Assembly: GCA_965215885.1 (NCBI GenBank)
Contig: CBDCEW010000093.1
Coordinates: 62,801-126,800 of the forward strand
DNA length: 64,000 bases
Source of the DNA: Candidatus Moanibacter sp.
GTDB taxonomy: Bacteria; Verrucomicrobiota; Verrucomicrobiia; Opitutales; UBA2987
Reading direction: 5' to 3'
In this document: piece after piece, positions 11,118 through 21,976 of the stretch
How positions within the stretch are numbered: position 1 is the first letter of the stretch
Layout: each line of letters begins with the position of its first letter
The notes under the pieces: model-generated
What the model was told of the DNA's origin: nothing
Database searches by the model: none
Seen by the model: the letters and a program-made list of their open reading frames with translations, nothing else
Translations under genes and position numbers: made by a program

Positions 11118-13673
11118 ATGGCCAGGAAAAAGAGCAATATCACACCGATGATGGAGCAGTACCTGAAGGTACGGCGAGGGCTGCCGCCCAATACGCTGCT
11201 TCTCTTCAGGCTGGGCGATTTCTACGAGCTGTTTCAAGAGGATGCGAAGGAAGGGGCATCGATTCTGGGTATTACCCTGACCCAACGCAACGGCATGCCT
11301 ATGGCGGGAATTCCCTATCACGCGGCGGACAATTACGTCGGGAAACTTCTGGCGGCCGGGAAGAAGGTCGGTATATGCGACCAGATGGAACCCCCTTCTC
11401 CGGGCAGGATCGTTCGGCGCTCCCTGACCCGGATACTCACTCCCGGGACTACCCTCGAAGATCACCAGATCGAATCCCGGAAGAGTCAGTTCATTCTCGC
11501 CCTCACGATTGAGAATGCGGGCTTGCAGGCGGCTTGGCTCGATCTCACTACAGGTGAATTCCAGATCGCCTTCGACCCACAACCCGGGAATCTTCTCTCG
11601 GTTTTTACGGGCATCGATCCTCGTGAAATCATCCTCCCTGAAATGGGCAGGCAGGAATGGGGTAGAGAAGAAGGATCCGAAAGCTGGTCAGGAAATCTTG
11701 AGCAATTCTGCGACAGCCGTCCCGTAACCGAATTACCAGACTATCACTTTGAACAATCGGGTGGCGCACAAACTGTTCTCGAAGCATTGAGAGTGCTTTC
11801 CCTGGAAGGATTCGGTATCAGCCGAAGACATCCCGCCCTCGGTTGCGCCGGAGCGCTTATTTACTACGTAACGGAAAACCTGTGTGCCAAACCGGAGAAT
11901 CTGAAGCAGATCAGGGAATATCGCAGCGATCGCACCCTTCTTCTCGACCCTGCCACGCTCCGAAATCTGGAGATATTTTCCACCGCTCAGAATACGAGAG
12001 AGGGCTCCCTCCTCGAGGCCATGAACGCCACTGTGACGGCGACGGGGGCGCGACTCCTGGAGCAATACCTCTCCGAACCTACCCTCGACCTCGAAGAATT
12101 GGAACGCCGGCAGAGATGCGTGACGGAGTTCCTGGAAGCGCCGGGATTCGCATCCGAGTTACAGAATTACTTGAAAGGAGTTCGTGACCTGCCTCGCGTT
12201 CTCGGCCGTCTTCAAAATCGCATTCGGAATCCTCGCGAGGCGGGCGGAGTGCGCGATACCCTCCGGCAAATTCCCCTCATTCTTCAGGTACTGAACCAGT
12301 TCGACGGGCCAGCCATCGGCGGTCTTGCCGCCTGCGTGAACGAATATCCGGCACTCAGTGAACTTCTCGAAATGGGTCTTGAAGAGGGTTTGCCCAACCA
12401 ACTGCAAGAGGGCGGATACATTCGCGAGGGCTTTGACGCTGAACTCGACAAACTCAAGGCTCTTACCCGCGATAACAAGACCTGGCTTTCCGACTTGGAG
12501 AGGACCGAACAGAAGCGTACCGGAATCCGGAATCTGCGTATCAGATATAACAACGCTTTCGGCTACTTCATCGAAGTTACAAAATCGAACCTCCACCTCG
12601 TACCGGACAACTATATCCGCAAACAGACAATGACCAATGCGGAGCGCTATTACACCGAGGAATTAAAGGAGAAAGAGCGGGAAATCCTCCACGCCGACGA
12701 GAAATCAATCGCTCGGGAGGAGGAGATATTTCGCGATCTCGTCGCAAAGATTCTGGTCGAAGCCGACAGTCTCAACAACACCGCTCAAGCCCTAGCGGAG
12801 ATCGATCTATACCTGGGCTGGTCAAGAATCGCACGGGAATGGGACTATTGCTGCCCGGCACTCGAGCAGAGCGAATGCCTTTCCATCGAACAGGGTAGAC
12901 ACCCCGTCGTCGAGCAGACGATGCGTCGCGAGCGATATGGCCTCGCCGGGACGCACGCATTTGTCCCGAACGACACCTATCTGAGCGCGGGCGAAGAGCA
13001 GATCGGGCTGGTTACCGGTCCTAACATGGCGGGAAAATCGACTTATATCAGGCAAGTCGCCCTCATCACCCTGATGGCCCAGGTCGGTTCCTGGGTGCCG
13101 GCCGGGAGATGCCGAATCGGCCTCGTTGATCGCATCTTTTCCCGGGTGGGGGCGAGCGACGATCTCGCAAGGGGAAATTCAACTTTCATGGTGGAGATGA
13201 ACGAAACTGCCAACATCCTGAACAATGCGACCGGAAAGACGCTCATTATTCTCGACGAAATCGGCCGCGGAACCAGCACCTACGACGGTCTCAGCATTGC
13301 CTGGGCTGTGGTGGAACACCTCCATGGCGACAACGAAGAAGGACCCCGCACGCTATTCGCAACGCACTACCACGAGCTTACACAGCTCGAGCAGCAGCTC
13401 CCGCGCGTCCGCAATTATTGCGTAGCGGTTAAGGAATGGAACGATGAGATCGTCTTTGTGCGCCAAGTCGTCAAAGGATCGTCCGATCGCAGCTATGGCA
13501 TACAGGTGGCACGCCTGGCCGGCCTTCCTCAAACTGTCATCGAACGCGCCAAAAAAATACTCGAGAAACTCGAAGCCGATGACTCCAGCCATAACCTCCT
13601 CCGCAAACGCATGAAGCGAATAAAGGACGCCCGGAAGAAAGGGGAAGATCTGGGGCAGCTGGAATTGTTCTGA
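11118..13673 (+). CDS. mutS: DNA mismatch repair protein MutS
   Basis: TPMMEQY, FRLGDFYELF, GPNMAGKST, DEIGRGTST, FATHYHELT, SYGIQVA. Confidence 0.97.
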   Translation: MARKKSNITPMMEQYLKVRRGLPPNTLLLFRLGDFYELFQEDAKEGASILGITLTQRNGMPMAGIPYHAADNYVGKLLAAGKKVGICDQMEPPSPGRIVRRSLTRILTPGTTLEDHQIESRKSQFILALTIENAGLQAAWLDLTTGEFQIAFDPQPGNLLSVFTGIDPREIILPEMGRQEWGREEGSESWSGNLEQFCDSRPVTELPDYHFEQSGGAQTVLEALRVLSLEGFGISRRHPALGCAGALIYYVTENLCAKPENLKQIREYRSDRTLLLDPATLRNLEIFSTAQNTREGSLLEAMNATVTATGARLLEQYLSEPTLDLEELERRQRCVTEFLEAPGFASELQNYLKGVRDLPRVLGRLQNRIRNPREAGGVRDTLRQIPLILQVLNQFDGPAIGGLAACVNEYPALSELLEMGLEEGLPNQLQEGGYIREGFDAELDKLKALTRDNKTWLSDLERTEQKRTGIRNLRIRYNNAFGYFIEVTKSNLHLVPDNYIRKQTMTNAERYYTEELKEKEREILHADEKSIAREEEIFRDLVAKILVEADSLNNTAQALAEIDLYLGWSRIAREWDYCCPALEQSECLSIEQGRHPVVEQTMRRERYGLAGTHAFVPNDTYLSAGEEQIGLVTGPNMAGKSTYIRQVALITLMAQVGSWVPAGRCRIGLVDRIFSRVGASDDLARGNSTFMVEMNETANILNNATGKTLIILDEIGRGTSTYDGLSIAWAVVEHLHGDNEEGPRTLFATHYHELTQLEQQLPRVRNYCVAVKEWNDEIVFVRQVVKGSSDRSYGIQVARLAGLPQTVIERAKKILEKLEADDSSHNLLRKRMKRIKDARKKGEDLGQLELF

Positions 13674-14044
13674 GAAAGGGTTCAGAGTTCGGAGTTCAGT
13701 AAACTATCGTCACTCGGTGCCCCGTGTAGGAGCGGATTGATTCCGCGATCGGTAAGACCGACTTCAATTTTGGGTTCTATATCTGGATCGTGGATTGAAC
13801 CACTCTTTCGCGGCTACAGCAGAGTCCTACAGCTCCGCTACAGTGATGTAGGCCCGCGCTCGCACGGGATCTACCAAGCCGATTGGTCCGTCCAAATTGA
13901 TCCTCTGCCGTACCGCAGAGTCCCTACATCACTGATCGACAAGGTTCGGGGCCCGCTTTTGAGCATGGATACCCCACCGCAGTTACGCTTCTAATTTCCG
14001 CGCAGCGACGCACAGCTGTATCACCGTATTTGCAAATTGGAGTT

Positions 14045-14982
14045 CTACGAACCGAGCAACTTCCTCTTTGAGAAGAACAGTATCCCGAGGATTCCGATAA
14101 CCAGCAAAACGCTCGTCGCCGGTTCCGGAACGACCTCGAAGACAATGGCATCGAGGTGGGAGACGGTGTTACCCAATTGGGTGATATTGCCGCTTGATGT
14201 ATCGATTGTTATAAGCGTTTTCAACGGTACATTGCCGTTGGCCACATTCAATACCCCGAAAAGGTTGTCGAACTCGTCAAACGCCAATGCGTTGATTGAA
14301 ACACTTAACCCCGTTCCACCGGAAAGATTCGCCGCAAGGGTCGGAAGACCGGTGCCCCTGTCAATCGTCAGCAGCAGCCCATCATCTGTGACTAATCCGC
14401 CACCGGCAAATGTATCTCCTCTCGGTGTAAAGAAGATGTTCCCTGAAGCGTCCGACGCCAAACCCGAACCGAACGTGTTTAATCCCGACTCGCCCATCAG
14501 CGTGGCCTGCCCAGATCAAGGGCGAGTTCAATAGTGAAGAGGTCATCCGTGCTATTCTCTAACCATCCGAAAAGGACACCCGATGGATTGAAAGTGAGAT
14601 CCGCCATTGTCTGTGTTGCAATACCTCCAAAAGGGCCGACACTCGCCGCCACAATGAAGCCAAAGTCGCCAACAATCGTTCCCTGACCAGTCTCTTTATT
14701 AATCGTGATGAGGTGACCCGGAAAATTTGCATCATTGTTGGAAGTCGATCCGTAAAGCACTCCGGTTGTCGGGTGGATGGCAAGGCCGGTCACGGCAAAG
14801 CCGATGGGACCCACGGTTGTGCCAATGGACCCATCCGACTTATCAAGAATGTAAAGTTCCGATGGATTGCCTTGTGACCCGTCGGTACCGTAGAGAATGA
14901 ATTGGCCATGCAACTGTGCGCCGCTCAACCAAATGCAAACTGCGACGGGTGCAAATATGAAGATTTTCCTGATTATTTTCAT
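14045..14982 (-). CDS. PEP-CTERM surface protein with beta-propeller-like repeats, split by a frameshift near 14500
   Basis: Signal peptide MKIIRKIF from 14982; same repeat style in both ORF halves; ends in VPEPATSVLLVIG, a TM segment and KRK. Confidence 0.8.
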
Positions 14983-15182
14983 ATAGGTCAGGATAGGTAC
15001 CCAAGAAGCGATCCTCGACTCTATTAATGTAGTAGCCTGTAAAGCGTAGAGCAAGAAAAATTTAGCGGGAATTCTCCGAGCACTCCCGAACCTTGTCGAC
15101 ATTTTGGAGAAAATCAAATCAAACCTCGAGTCTGTTAGCCACGCGAACTTGCATGCCCGAATCAAAGGTCTCCGCCACTTGA

Positions 15183-15725
15183 TCATTCAGCATGCGGGAG
15201 AAGAACGGGAGCTCGCAGGCCCCGAAAAAGTTGCCTGTAGATCTGATTCCTTGGCGGGCGGATCCGGTTTATGTCAAACGATACCGACTCCACATAGGTG
15301 AAGCCGTAACGATAAGAAGCGGCCAGCAGCGGATAAGTGTATCTCCCCTTCCCTTCCAGTCGCTCACTAAGATGTGACAGGTAGAGGATGCCGACCGCGA
15401 TATTGTCTTCCCAATTCCAGGCCCTTCCATAAGCCGCATCTGTAGAGTCGCTCCAGGCCGCCTCGCTCAATTGCATGATTCCCCTCCCTACCCCGCTGTC
15501 AGCACGAGCATTGAGCGAACTCTCAGCCATCGCGATGGCGAAGACGAAAGCCGGGTCAAGATCGTTCTTTCCCGCTTCCCGCTGCACAACACGCCAGACT
15601 TCGCTCTCGAGAATGAATTTCGGCCTTTGCTCGACCCGGACAAAAAGCAGTATGAGCAGCACGATGAGGGCGAGGCAGATGGCGATCCCACGTTCAGTCG
15701 AGACTCTCACCTTGAAACGTCGCAT
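15183..15725 (-). CDS. Lytic transglycosylase (SLT domain), membrane anchored
   Basis: AIAMAESS, GIMQL, NIAVGILYL and LAASY motifs; N-terminal TM helix. Confidence 0.85.
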   Translation of the reverse strand: MRRFKVRVSTERGIAICLALIVLLILLFVRVEQRPKFILESEVWRVVQREAGKNDLDPAFVFAIAMAESSLNARADSGVGRGIMQLSEAAWSDSTDAAYGRAWNWEDNIAVGILYLSHLSERLEGKGRYTYPLLAASYRYGFTYVESVSFDINRIRPPRNQIYRQLFRGLRAPVLLPHAE

Positions 15726-15829
15726 TAATCAGTCCGATATTAATCGAACGCTATCGAAGCCTTCGTCGAATTTCTATAAAGCTTCTTAAGCGTGTCATCC
15801 AATTTCTGATTATGCTACTAGCTATTTTG

Positions 15830-15900
15830 ACCGTGCGACGGAGCGCCCGGTCCACCACTACATCAATCTCGGCGGTGGACCGGGCGCTCCGTCGCACGGT
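15830..15900. repeat. REPIN upstream of the RAYT
   Basis: Perfect 27-bp inverted arms ACCGTGCGACGGAGCGCCCGGTCCACC (15830-15856 / 15874-15900), 17-nt loop. Confidence 0.9.
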
Positions 15901-15979
15901 TGGTCCTAATCTAATTCGAGAGCTGTCATAGAGAAGCCTTGCTGATTAACTCCGCTCCCGCAATGCTCCCGACACTTCA

Positions 15980-16456
15980 ATGAAAGAGTACCCTGGGAAA
16001 CTTTACCACAATGTCCCCTCGTGGGTAAAGCCCGGTGCAGTTTATCATATAAGGATTCGATGCCTCCGTGGCAGCCCAGTAGCACTTACCGATACTTTAA
16101 TTGCCCCCAATATTCTGGACTCTGTTCGATTCTACCACAAAAAGAAAAGTTGGTTCTGCCGATTGTTTCTACTCATGCCGGACCATATTCACGCAACAAT
16201 GTCATTCTCACTACTGCATCCTTTTTCAAGAACTGTCGGGAAGTGGAAAGGGTTTCAAAGCGTGAAATTCGGAGTTCAATGGCAAGAGAACTTCTTCGAT
16301 CACCGAATCAGAAGCGATAGAGAACTGGAAGAAAAAGAGGCCTATATTCGAAGAAATACGGTAGCTAAGGGCTTATGCGCGAGACCTCAAGACTGGCCTT
16401 GGGTTATCTCGCCCGCTCAAGAGGAACTCGATGAATTAGAAAGACGCGAAGATTGA
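15980..16456 (+). CDS. REP-associated tyrosine transposase (RAYT, HUH/Y1)
   Basis: MPDHIH HUH motif, WQENFFDHRIR, YIRRN...GL...DWPW. Confidence 0.9.
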   Translation: MKEYPGKLYHNVPSWVKPGAVYHIRIRCLRGSPVALTDTLIAPNILDSVRFYHKKKSWFCRLFLLMPDHIHATMSFSLLHPFSRTVGKWKGFQSVKFGVQWQENFFDHRIRSDRELEEKEAYIRRNTVAKGLCARPQDWPWVISPAQEELDELERRED

Positions 16457-16508
16457 GAAACTGAGGCTTCAAAGCCATTTCATGTCTGCTAAGGATTTAA
16501 AGTCATCT

Positions 16509-16585
16509 ATGACCGTGCGGCGGAGCGCCCGGTCCACCACTAAAGCAATCTCGGCGGTGGACCGGGCGCTCCGTCGCACGGTCAT
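16509..16585. repeat. REPIN downstream of the RAYT
   Basis: 30-bp inverted arms with one mismatch; loop nearly identical to that of the upstream REPIN. Confidence 0.9.
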
Positions 16586-16677
16586 TTCGGTTCGATTTCC
16601 GAGAAAGACCGCTTACGAATACTTCCACCGATACCTTTTAAGCCTTCCGAGCACTAAAATTCAACAACCTCCGAAAC

Positions 16678-17826
16678 TCATCGGTAAATAAACGTAATTC
16701 GGATCGCCTGCTCTTGGCCGAGAGTCGCGACCATCTCTTCGGTCCACGCTCCAAATGGGGCCGGAGATTGGATGGCGTCTTCACAGATAAGGGTGGCGGC
16801 CCGTCCCGCGGAGGTGAAGATCACGTTCATGTCGCTGATTTGCCCCTCACGTGTAATCTGGTATTCGACAATCACCCGCGTCGAGATCTCCGATTGCGGA
16901 GGAATGAGCTTACTCGCGAGCAGTTGGAACTGAAAGCCTATGGCGTCGAACATCCGCTGTAGATAATCACCAAACTCCTCAAACCGGGCGTCGACTGCAA
17001 TATCACCAATGATAGGCGCCCGGCCCACAGAACGCATGACCGGTCCGGCCAACACACGGGTGGAGAGGCGGGGGCGCGGGCGAGGCTGCTGCGGTTCCGT
17101 CAAGGGCTCAACCGGGATTGCCTCTTCTCCCCGCGGCTCCTCAACAATCTCCTGCTCATCGAGGGTGGAATCAAGGCTGGGCAAGACCTGCACCGCAATA
17201 TTGGGAAATTCGACCGATTCGTCACCGCTATCCGGATCCTCATGCACGCTGGCCAAGCCCTCTTCATCGACCACTTTGTCCCGTTGGAGAAAATCGGGAA
17301 CAGGGGCGGGCGTAGGAGGCATTGTCTGATTCGCAACCTGTTCGTTCCGGTGATTCGTCTCAGGCTGGGGAGGAGGTGACGGAGGAATTGGATCCTGAAT
17401 CATATCTCCATCTACGACCTTGCGCGAGTCCTCCTCTTCGCCGTCGATGAACGGGGTATTCTCAGGTCCTTCGGTTGACTCCTCCACCTGCCCCGCCTGC
17501 TGATCGCGGGCCGCAATATTCCGAGTCTCATCCGGCTCGTTGGTGGGCACATCAGGATTGGTTTCGACAAATTGCATCGCTTCCGGATCGGGCGGCGGAT
17601 CGACGATCACATAGTCAACCTCCCGCTGATAATCCGGTATCGCCGAGAGTGCGGGAGTGAGTTCCCATGGAAGCCCCCAAAAAAGAAAAAGATGGAGCAA
17701 AGATGAAACCAGAAAGGCACCTGTAACAGCTCTCAGATCGAATTCCAGGTCTCCGGAAATCATAAGGAATTCCTGAGCCCCCCGGCTCGAATAGCCCGCC
17801 TGCGAACCTGGCAAAGAGTTGGACAT
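16678..17826 (-). CDS. TonB/TolA-like protein (TM helix, Pro/Glu-rich linker, TonB C-terminal-like domain)
   Basis: SxxLH TM motif, Pro-rich linker, C-terminal VIVEYQITREGQI...AI..PAPF. Confidence 0.7.
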   Translation of the reverse strand: MSNSLPGSQAGYSSRGAQEFLMISGDLEFDLRAVTGAFLVSSLLHLFLFWGLPWELTPALSAIPDYQREVDYVIVDPPPDPEAMQFVETNPDVPTNEPDETRNIAARDQQAGQVEESTEGPENTPFIDGEEEDSRKVVDGDMIQDPIPPSPPPQPETNHRNEQVANQTMPPTPAPVPDFLQRDKVVDEEGLASVHEDPDSGDESVEFPNIAVQVLPSLDSTLDEQEIVEEPRGEEAIPVEPLTEPQQPRPRPRLSTRVLAGPVMRSVGRAPIIGDIAVDARFEEFGDYLQRMFDAIGFQFQLLASKLIPPQSEISTRVIVEYQITREGQISDMNVIFTSAGRAATLICEDAIQSPAPFGAWTEEMVATLGQEQAIRITFIYR

Positions 17827-17888
17827 GTATGAATCCGATCAAATGCTACTTATCGACCAATATGGATTGATATCTAATGAAAGATTGG

Positions 17889-18166
17889 ACCACGGATGTC
17901 ACGGATTTACACGGATGGAAAAGTGAAAAATTGGAAGCGACTAATCCAGAAGGATGCATGCTGCGCGAGACTGGGGACTAAGACAGAGTCGACTTCGCCT
18001 CGCGCGCAGCGCGGTTGAAACGGACAGAAGAGCATTCCCAAAAGCGCTTACCGGAGGTTCAGAATGAAGTCGCGCTTTCGGGAATGCTCTTCTGTCCGTT
18101 TCTCCACTCGCATAAGCGAGTTGGCGAAGGCGAATCCCAATCCGTGTAATCCGTGCCATCCGTGGT
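17889..18166. repeat. Palindromic element with 9-bp tandem-repeat arms (CACGGATNN)n
   Basis: ACCACGGATGTCACGGATTTACACGGAT ... ATCCGTGTAATCCGTGCCATCCGTGGT. Confidence 0.7.
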
Positions 18167-18196
18167 TTCTACATTTTCAAAGCTATGACCCCACTA

Positions 18197-18790
18197 CTAA
18201 AGCCTCAGAGGTTCCAAAAGGGCAAACATTTCCAGCAATCGGGCAGTGGCATCGATGGGTAACCCCATAATATTGCTGTGCGAACCCTGCCAGCTCTCTA
18301 TTATCAGTTCGCTACCCTCCTGAATCCCGTAGGCGCCGGCCTTATCTAACGGGTTTACAAGCTTATAATAGCTTTCCATGCATTCTTGATCGAGAGTCCG
18401 AAAAGTTACCCTGCTTGTTTCGCAGATCGACTGAGAAATTTCCCGCTGCCCGAACTTCAGGCATACGCCGGTGTGAACAACATGAGTCTTACCCGATAGT
18501 GCCATCAGCATGGTACGCGCTTGAGCCATGTCTGCCGGTTTACTGAGAATCATCCCATTAAGAACGACCGTCGTGTCCGCGGCCAGGACCGGGCATTCGG
18601 GATGCTTCAAAGCTACAGCTTCCGCCTTAAGGACGCAGTTTTTCAAGACCAACTCCCGCGGATCGGCGGCTGCTTCTTCCCACTCATTCACATCTGCAGG
18701 CATAACACGAAAACGCAGCTTCATCTCCCCAAGCAGTTCCCGTCGCCGCGGCGAGGCCGAAGCCAGGAGCAATGTGAGTTTCTCTTGCAC
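18197..18790 (-). CDS. maf: Maf family nucleotide pyrophosphatase
   Basis: LASASPRRRELL, ADTTV, DKAGAYGIQ, NIMGLP. Confidence 0.93.
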   Translation of the reverse strand: MQEKLTLLLASASPRRRELLGEMKLRFRVMPADVNEWEEAAADPRELVLKNCVLKAEAVALKHPECPVLAADTTVVLNGMILSKPADMAQARTMLMALSGKTHVVHTGVCLKFGQREISQSICETSRVTFRTLDQECMESYYKLVNPLDKAGAYGIQEGSELIIESWQGSHSNIMGLPIDATARLLEMFALLEPLRL

Positions 18791-18876
18791 AGCGTAGTTC
18801 GAACCTAGCCCGGGTACTTAACTCCGTTTGCGCCAAGGCGGTGTACCGAGCGAAGCGACATCCCCCTATACGCGGG

Positions 18877-20202
18877 CTACTGATCACTCAACACCATTTT
18901 AACATCCCCACCCACCGTAGCGAGGTTCAGTCTGCTGATATTAAAGAGGAAAATCGATTCGAGCAATTCATCATTGGAGCCGGCCAATTCCGCTTGCGCA
19001 TCGATTACATCCCTGTTATCGGCCACCCCTTCGGTAAAACGAGTGCGTGCCAGTTCCAGCTCTTCCTCACTGAGGCTGACTTTCCTCTCGGAAATTGCGA
19101 TCTGCTCGTAGCGCGATTCGACATCCTGCACGGCGAGCCTGTAATCTGCACCGACCTGACGCCTGATATCACGTATGGCAATCTCCTGTGCACGCACTAC
19201 CGCATTTGCCCGCAGTCGATTGGAACGAATACGAAATCCTTCAAATAACGGAATCCGAAAGGCTACACCGGCCAACCATGTGTTCCTTTCCGCCCCATCA
19301 AATATCTCAGAAGTTGCATACCCCCATTCTCCAAAGAGACTAACAGCCGGCAACACCTCCAACGAAGCCAGACGAGAAGCAGCCTGATTGCGCTCAAGCT
19401 CGCGCGTGGCCTGTTGATAATCGGGTCTGGCGCTGAGAATGTTCTCCAATTCGATATTGAGTCCGAATAGAGGAAATTTCCGAATGTTACTCAATTGTTG
19501 CAGCTCCAACTCAGCATCGAGATCGACATTCAAGAGCTTTTTCAATCTCAGCTCGCTCTCCATCACAACCGTGTCCTGCTGGATTCGCTCCTTCTGATCT
19601 GATGCCATCTCCACCTCCGCGCGAGTCACATCGATCTGCGTGGCCACCCCCGCACGAAGCTGGTTTTGGGCGAGATCGAGAAGGACTCGATCCCGTTCGA
19701 TATTGGCATCGAGAAGCTTGATGCGGAAACGGTTTCGCAAGTGAGTGAAGTAGGCCGCCGTGGTTTCATTCAATACCACCTGGAGAACACTATCATAGTT
19801 CAACTGAGAAATGTCATAATCAAACTTCGAGAGGCGCCATTTGGCCAGACTGCTCACATCAAACAGGGGTATACTCCCTGTGAATTTAGCGTCGAAACGA
19901 TTTGACGGCGGCTGATCCGGAAACTCGAAGCCACGTCCTACGTTCGCGAACTTGCTCCGCAGTTGAGTGGCCTGAAAATCAAAACGAGGAAGCAGTTGGG
20001 AACGCGCGCCAAAGGCAATCCGTAGCGCCTCTTCCACCGCTTCTCTCCTGATCAGGATCTGATAGTTCTCCGCTTCGATTATCTCGAAAGCATCGCGCAG
20101 GGAGAGTTCCACTCTCTCCCCACGGCAGGTAATGGCGCTGACACCTACGCTGAGAGTTACCACAAACAATAATTTATATATAGACTTGTCTTGAGAATTC
20201 AT
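18877..20202 (-). CDS. TolC family outer-membrane efflux protein
   Basis: Signal peptide; two OEP repeats (LLPRFDF; GVATQIDVTRAE; GVADNRDVIDAQ). Confidence 0.88.
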   Translation of the reverse strand: MNSQDKSIYKLLFVVTLSVGVSAITCRGERVELSLRDAFEIIEAENYQILIRREAVEEALRIAFGARSQLLPRFDFQATQLRSKFANVGRGFEFPDQPPSNRFDAKFTGSIPLFDVSSLAKWRLSKFDYDISQLNYDSVLQVVLNETTAAYFTHLRNRFRIKLLDANIERDRVLLDLAQNQLRAGVATQIDVTRAEVEMASDQKERIQQDTVVMESELRLKKLLNVDLDAELELQQLSNIRKFPLFGLNIELENILSARPDYQQATRELERNQAASRLASLEVLPAVSLFGEWGYATSEIFDGAERNTWLAGVAFRIPLFEGFRIRSNRLRANAVVRAQEIAIRDIRRQVGADYRLAVQDVESRYEQIAISERKVSLSEEELELARTRFTEGVADNRDVIDAQAELAGSNDELLESIFLFNISRLNLATVGGDVKMVLSDQ

Positions 20203-20335
20203 TGGCTATTGGAGTCTAGTGAGAATGACGTGCACAAATTTGCGATCGATCCCGATTGTTGCTGCCGAACTTCAATACTTCGGTGACCAGGCCCAACCGT
20301 CATTCCATAAAAACTTCCCGGCTTGATATTGAGCA

Positions 20336-21976
20336 ATGAAAATCGGTATCGCCCAGATCAATACCACCGTTGGTGACCTCCAGGGTAATCGAGAGAAAAT
20401 CGTCCAGGCCTACCGGCAGCTCTGCAAAGATGGCGCCGAGTTGGTCATCTCTCCGGAGTTGGTCGTCACCGGATATCCTCCCAGAGACCTGATTTTCAAG
20501 TCACGTTTTGTTCCCGACAACGAAGCCTCCCTCAAGGAGATCGCCACTCAATGCTCGGAGATACCTCTCCTGGCGGGTTTCGTGGCACCCAACGCTTCGT
20601 CAACAGGGCGGAGATTCCACAATGCGGCGGCATGGTGTGAGAATGGAGTGGTGAAGAGGATTTTCCGCAAATGCCTTCTTCCAACTTACGATGTATTTGA
20701 CGAGGATCGTTATTTTCAGGGCGCGGAAGAACCCGGTATTATCGAGTACCGCGACTCGCGTTTGGGAATTACGATCTGCGAAGACATATGGACGGCTTCA
20801 TTTATCGATACCCGGCATCGCTACGATATCGACCCTGTCGAATTTTTCGCCGCGGCGAAGATTGATCTGCTCCTGAACCTTTCCGCCAGCCCCTGGCATT
20901 ACGGTAAGGACTGCATTCGGGAGGAGCTTGTCACGAGCGCTGCCACCCGCTGCGGTTGCACCGCCGTCTACTGCAACGCCGTCGGCGGCAACGACGAACT
21001 CATTTTTGACGGACACAGCCTGGCAGCCACTCGAGATGGAGAGATTCTCGGCGGTTTGGCCGGATTCGCGGAAGAGTTGCGGGTTGTTGATACGCAGGAG
21101 AGGTCTCCCCATCTCTCAGCATCTTTTCGACAGGAGGAGATCGAGGACATCCATGATGCGCTCGTTCTGGGCCTACGCGATTATGCACACAAGTGCGGGT
21201 TCAAAAAGGGTTTACTGGGACTCAGTGGAGGAATCGACTCGAGCGTCACGGCCGCTTTGGCCGTAGAGGCTCTCGGCAGCGAGAACGTGATTGGAATCAG
21301 TTTGCCCTCGGCCATTTCGAGTCAACACAGCGTGGACGACGCTGACGCCCTCGCGCAAAATCTCGGTATTGAGTATAATACATTGCCCATTGCCGAGATC
21401 GTCGCAGCAGCGGAAAAAACCCTGCAACCCCTATTCGAGGGTCTGGCCGCTGATGTCACGGAAGAGAACCTCCAGGCGCGGAGCCGCGGTCTCCTCTTAA
21501 TGGCCGTCTCCAACAAATTTGGAGCGCTCCTCCTTACGACCGGCAACAAGAGTGAACTGGCCGTGGGTTACTGCACCCTTTACGGCGACATGTGCGGCGG
21601 TTTGGCCGTAATTTCGGATCTTCCGAAAATAAAGGTCTACGATCTGGCACGGTGGATTAATCGCGACCGTGAGATAATTCCGATTAATTCTATCGAGAAA
21701 CCCCCTTCAGCGGAACTGCGGCCAGACCAGAAAGATGAAGATTCCCTGCCCCCCTATGAAGTGCTCGATGAGATCCTGCGCCTCTACGTGGAGGAGGGAA
21801 ACTCAGCTGCTGAGATTGTCGAGGCGGGCTTTGACTCTACAGTGGTGCGCGAGACCATCCGCAAGGTCGACCTCAATGAAATCAAGCGAAAACAGGCCGC
21901 CCCCGGGCTTAAGATTACACCCCTCGCCTTTGGCGTAGGCCGGCGAATCCCAATCGTGCAACGCTATGTGAGCTGA
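20336..21976 (+). CDS. nadE: Glutamine-dependent NAD+ synthetase
   Basis: Nitrilase domain (PEL, K, ICED) plus SGGIDS, ENLQAR, TGNKSE and [12 protein letters not shown]. Confidence 0.96.
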   Translation: MKIGIAQINTTVGDLQGNREKIVQAYRQLCKDGAELVISPELVVTGYPPRDLIFKSRFVPDNEASLKEIATQCSEIPLLAGFVAPNASSTGRRFHNAAAWCENGVVKRIFRKCLLPTYDVFDEDRYFQGAEEPGIIEYRDSRLGITICEDIWTASFIDTRHRYDIDPVEFFAAAKIDLLLNLSASPWHYGKDCIREELVTSAATRCGCTAVYCNAVGGNDELIFDGHSLAATRDGEILGGLAGFAEELRVVDTQERSPHLSASFRQEEIEDIHDALVLGLRDYAHKCGFKKGLLGLSGGIDSSVTAALAVEALGSENVIGISLPSAISSQHSVDDADALAQNLGIEYNTLPIAEIVAAAEKTLQPLFEGLAADVTEENLQARSRGLLLMAVSNKFGALLLTTGNKSELAVGYCTLYGDMCGGLAVISDLPKIKVYDLARWINRDREIIPINSIEKPPSAELRPDQKDEDSLPPYEVLDEILRLYVEEGNSAAEIVEAGFDSTVVRETIRKVDLNEIKRKQAAPGLKITPLAFGVGRRIPIVQRYVS

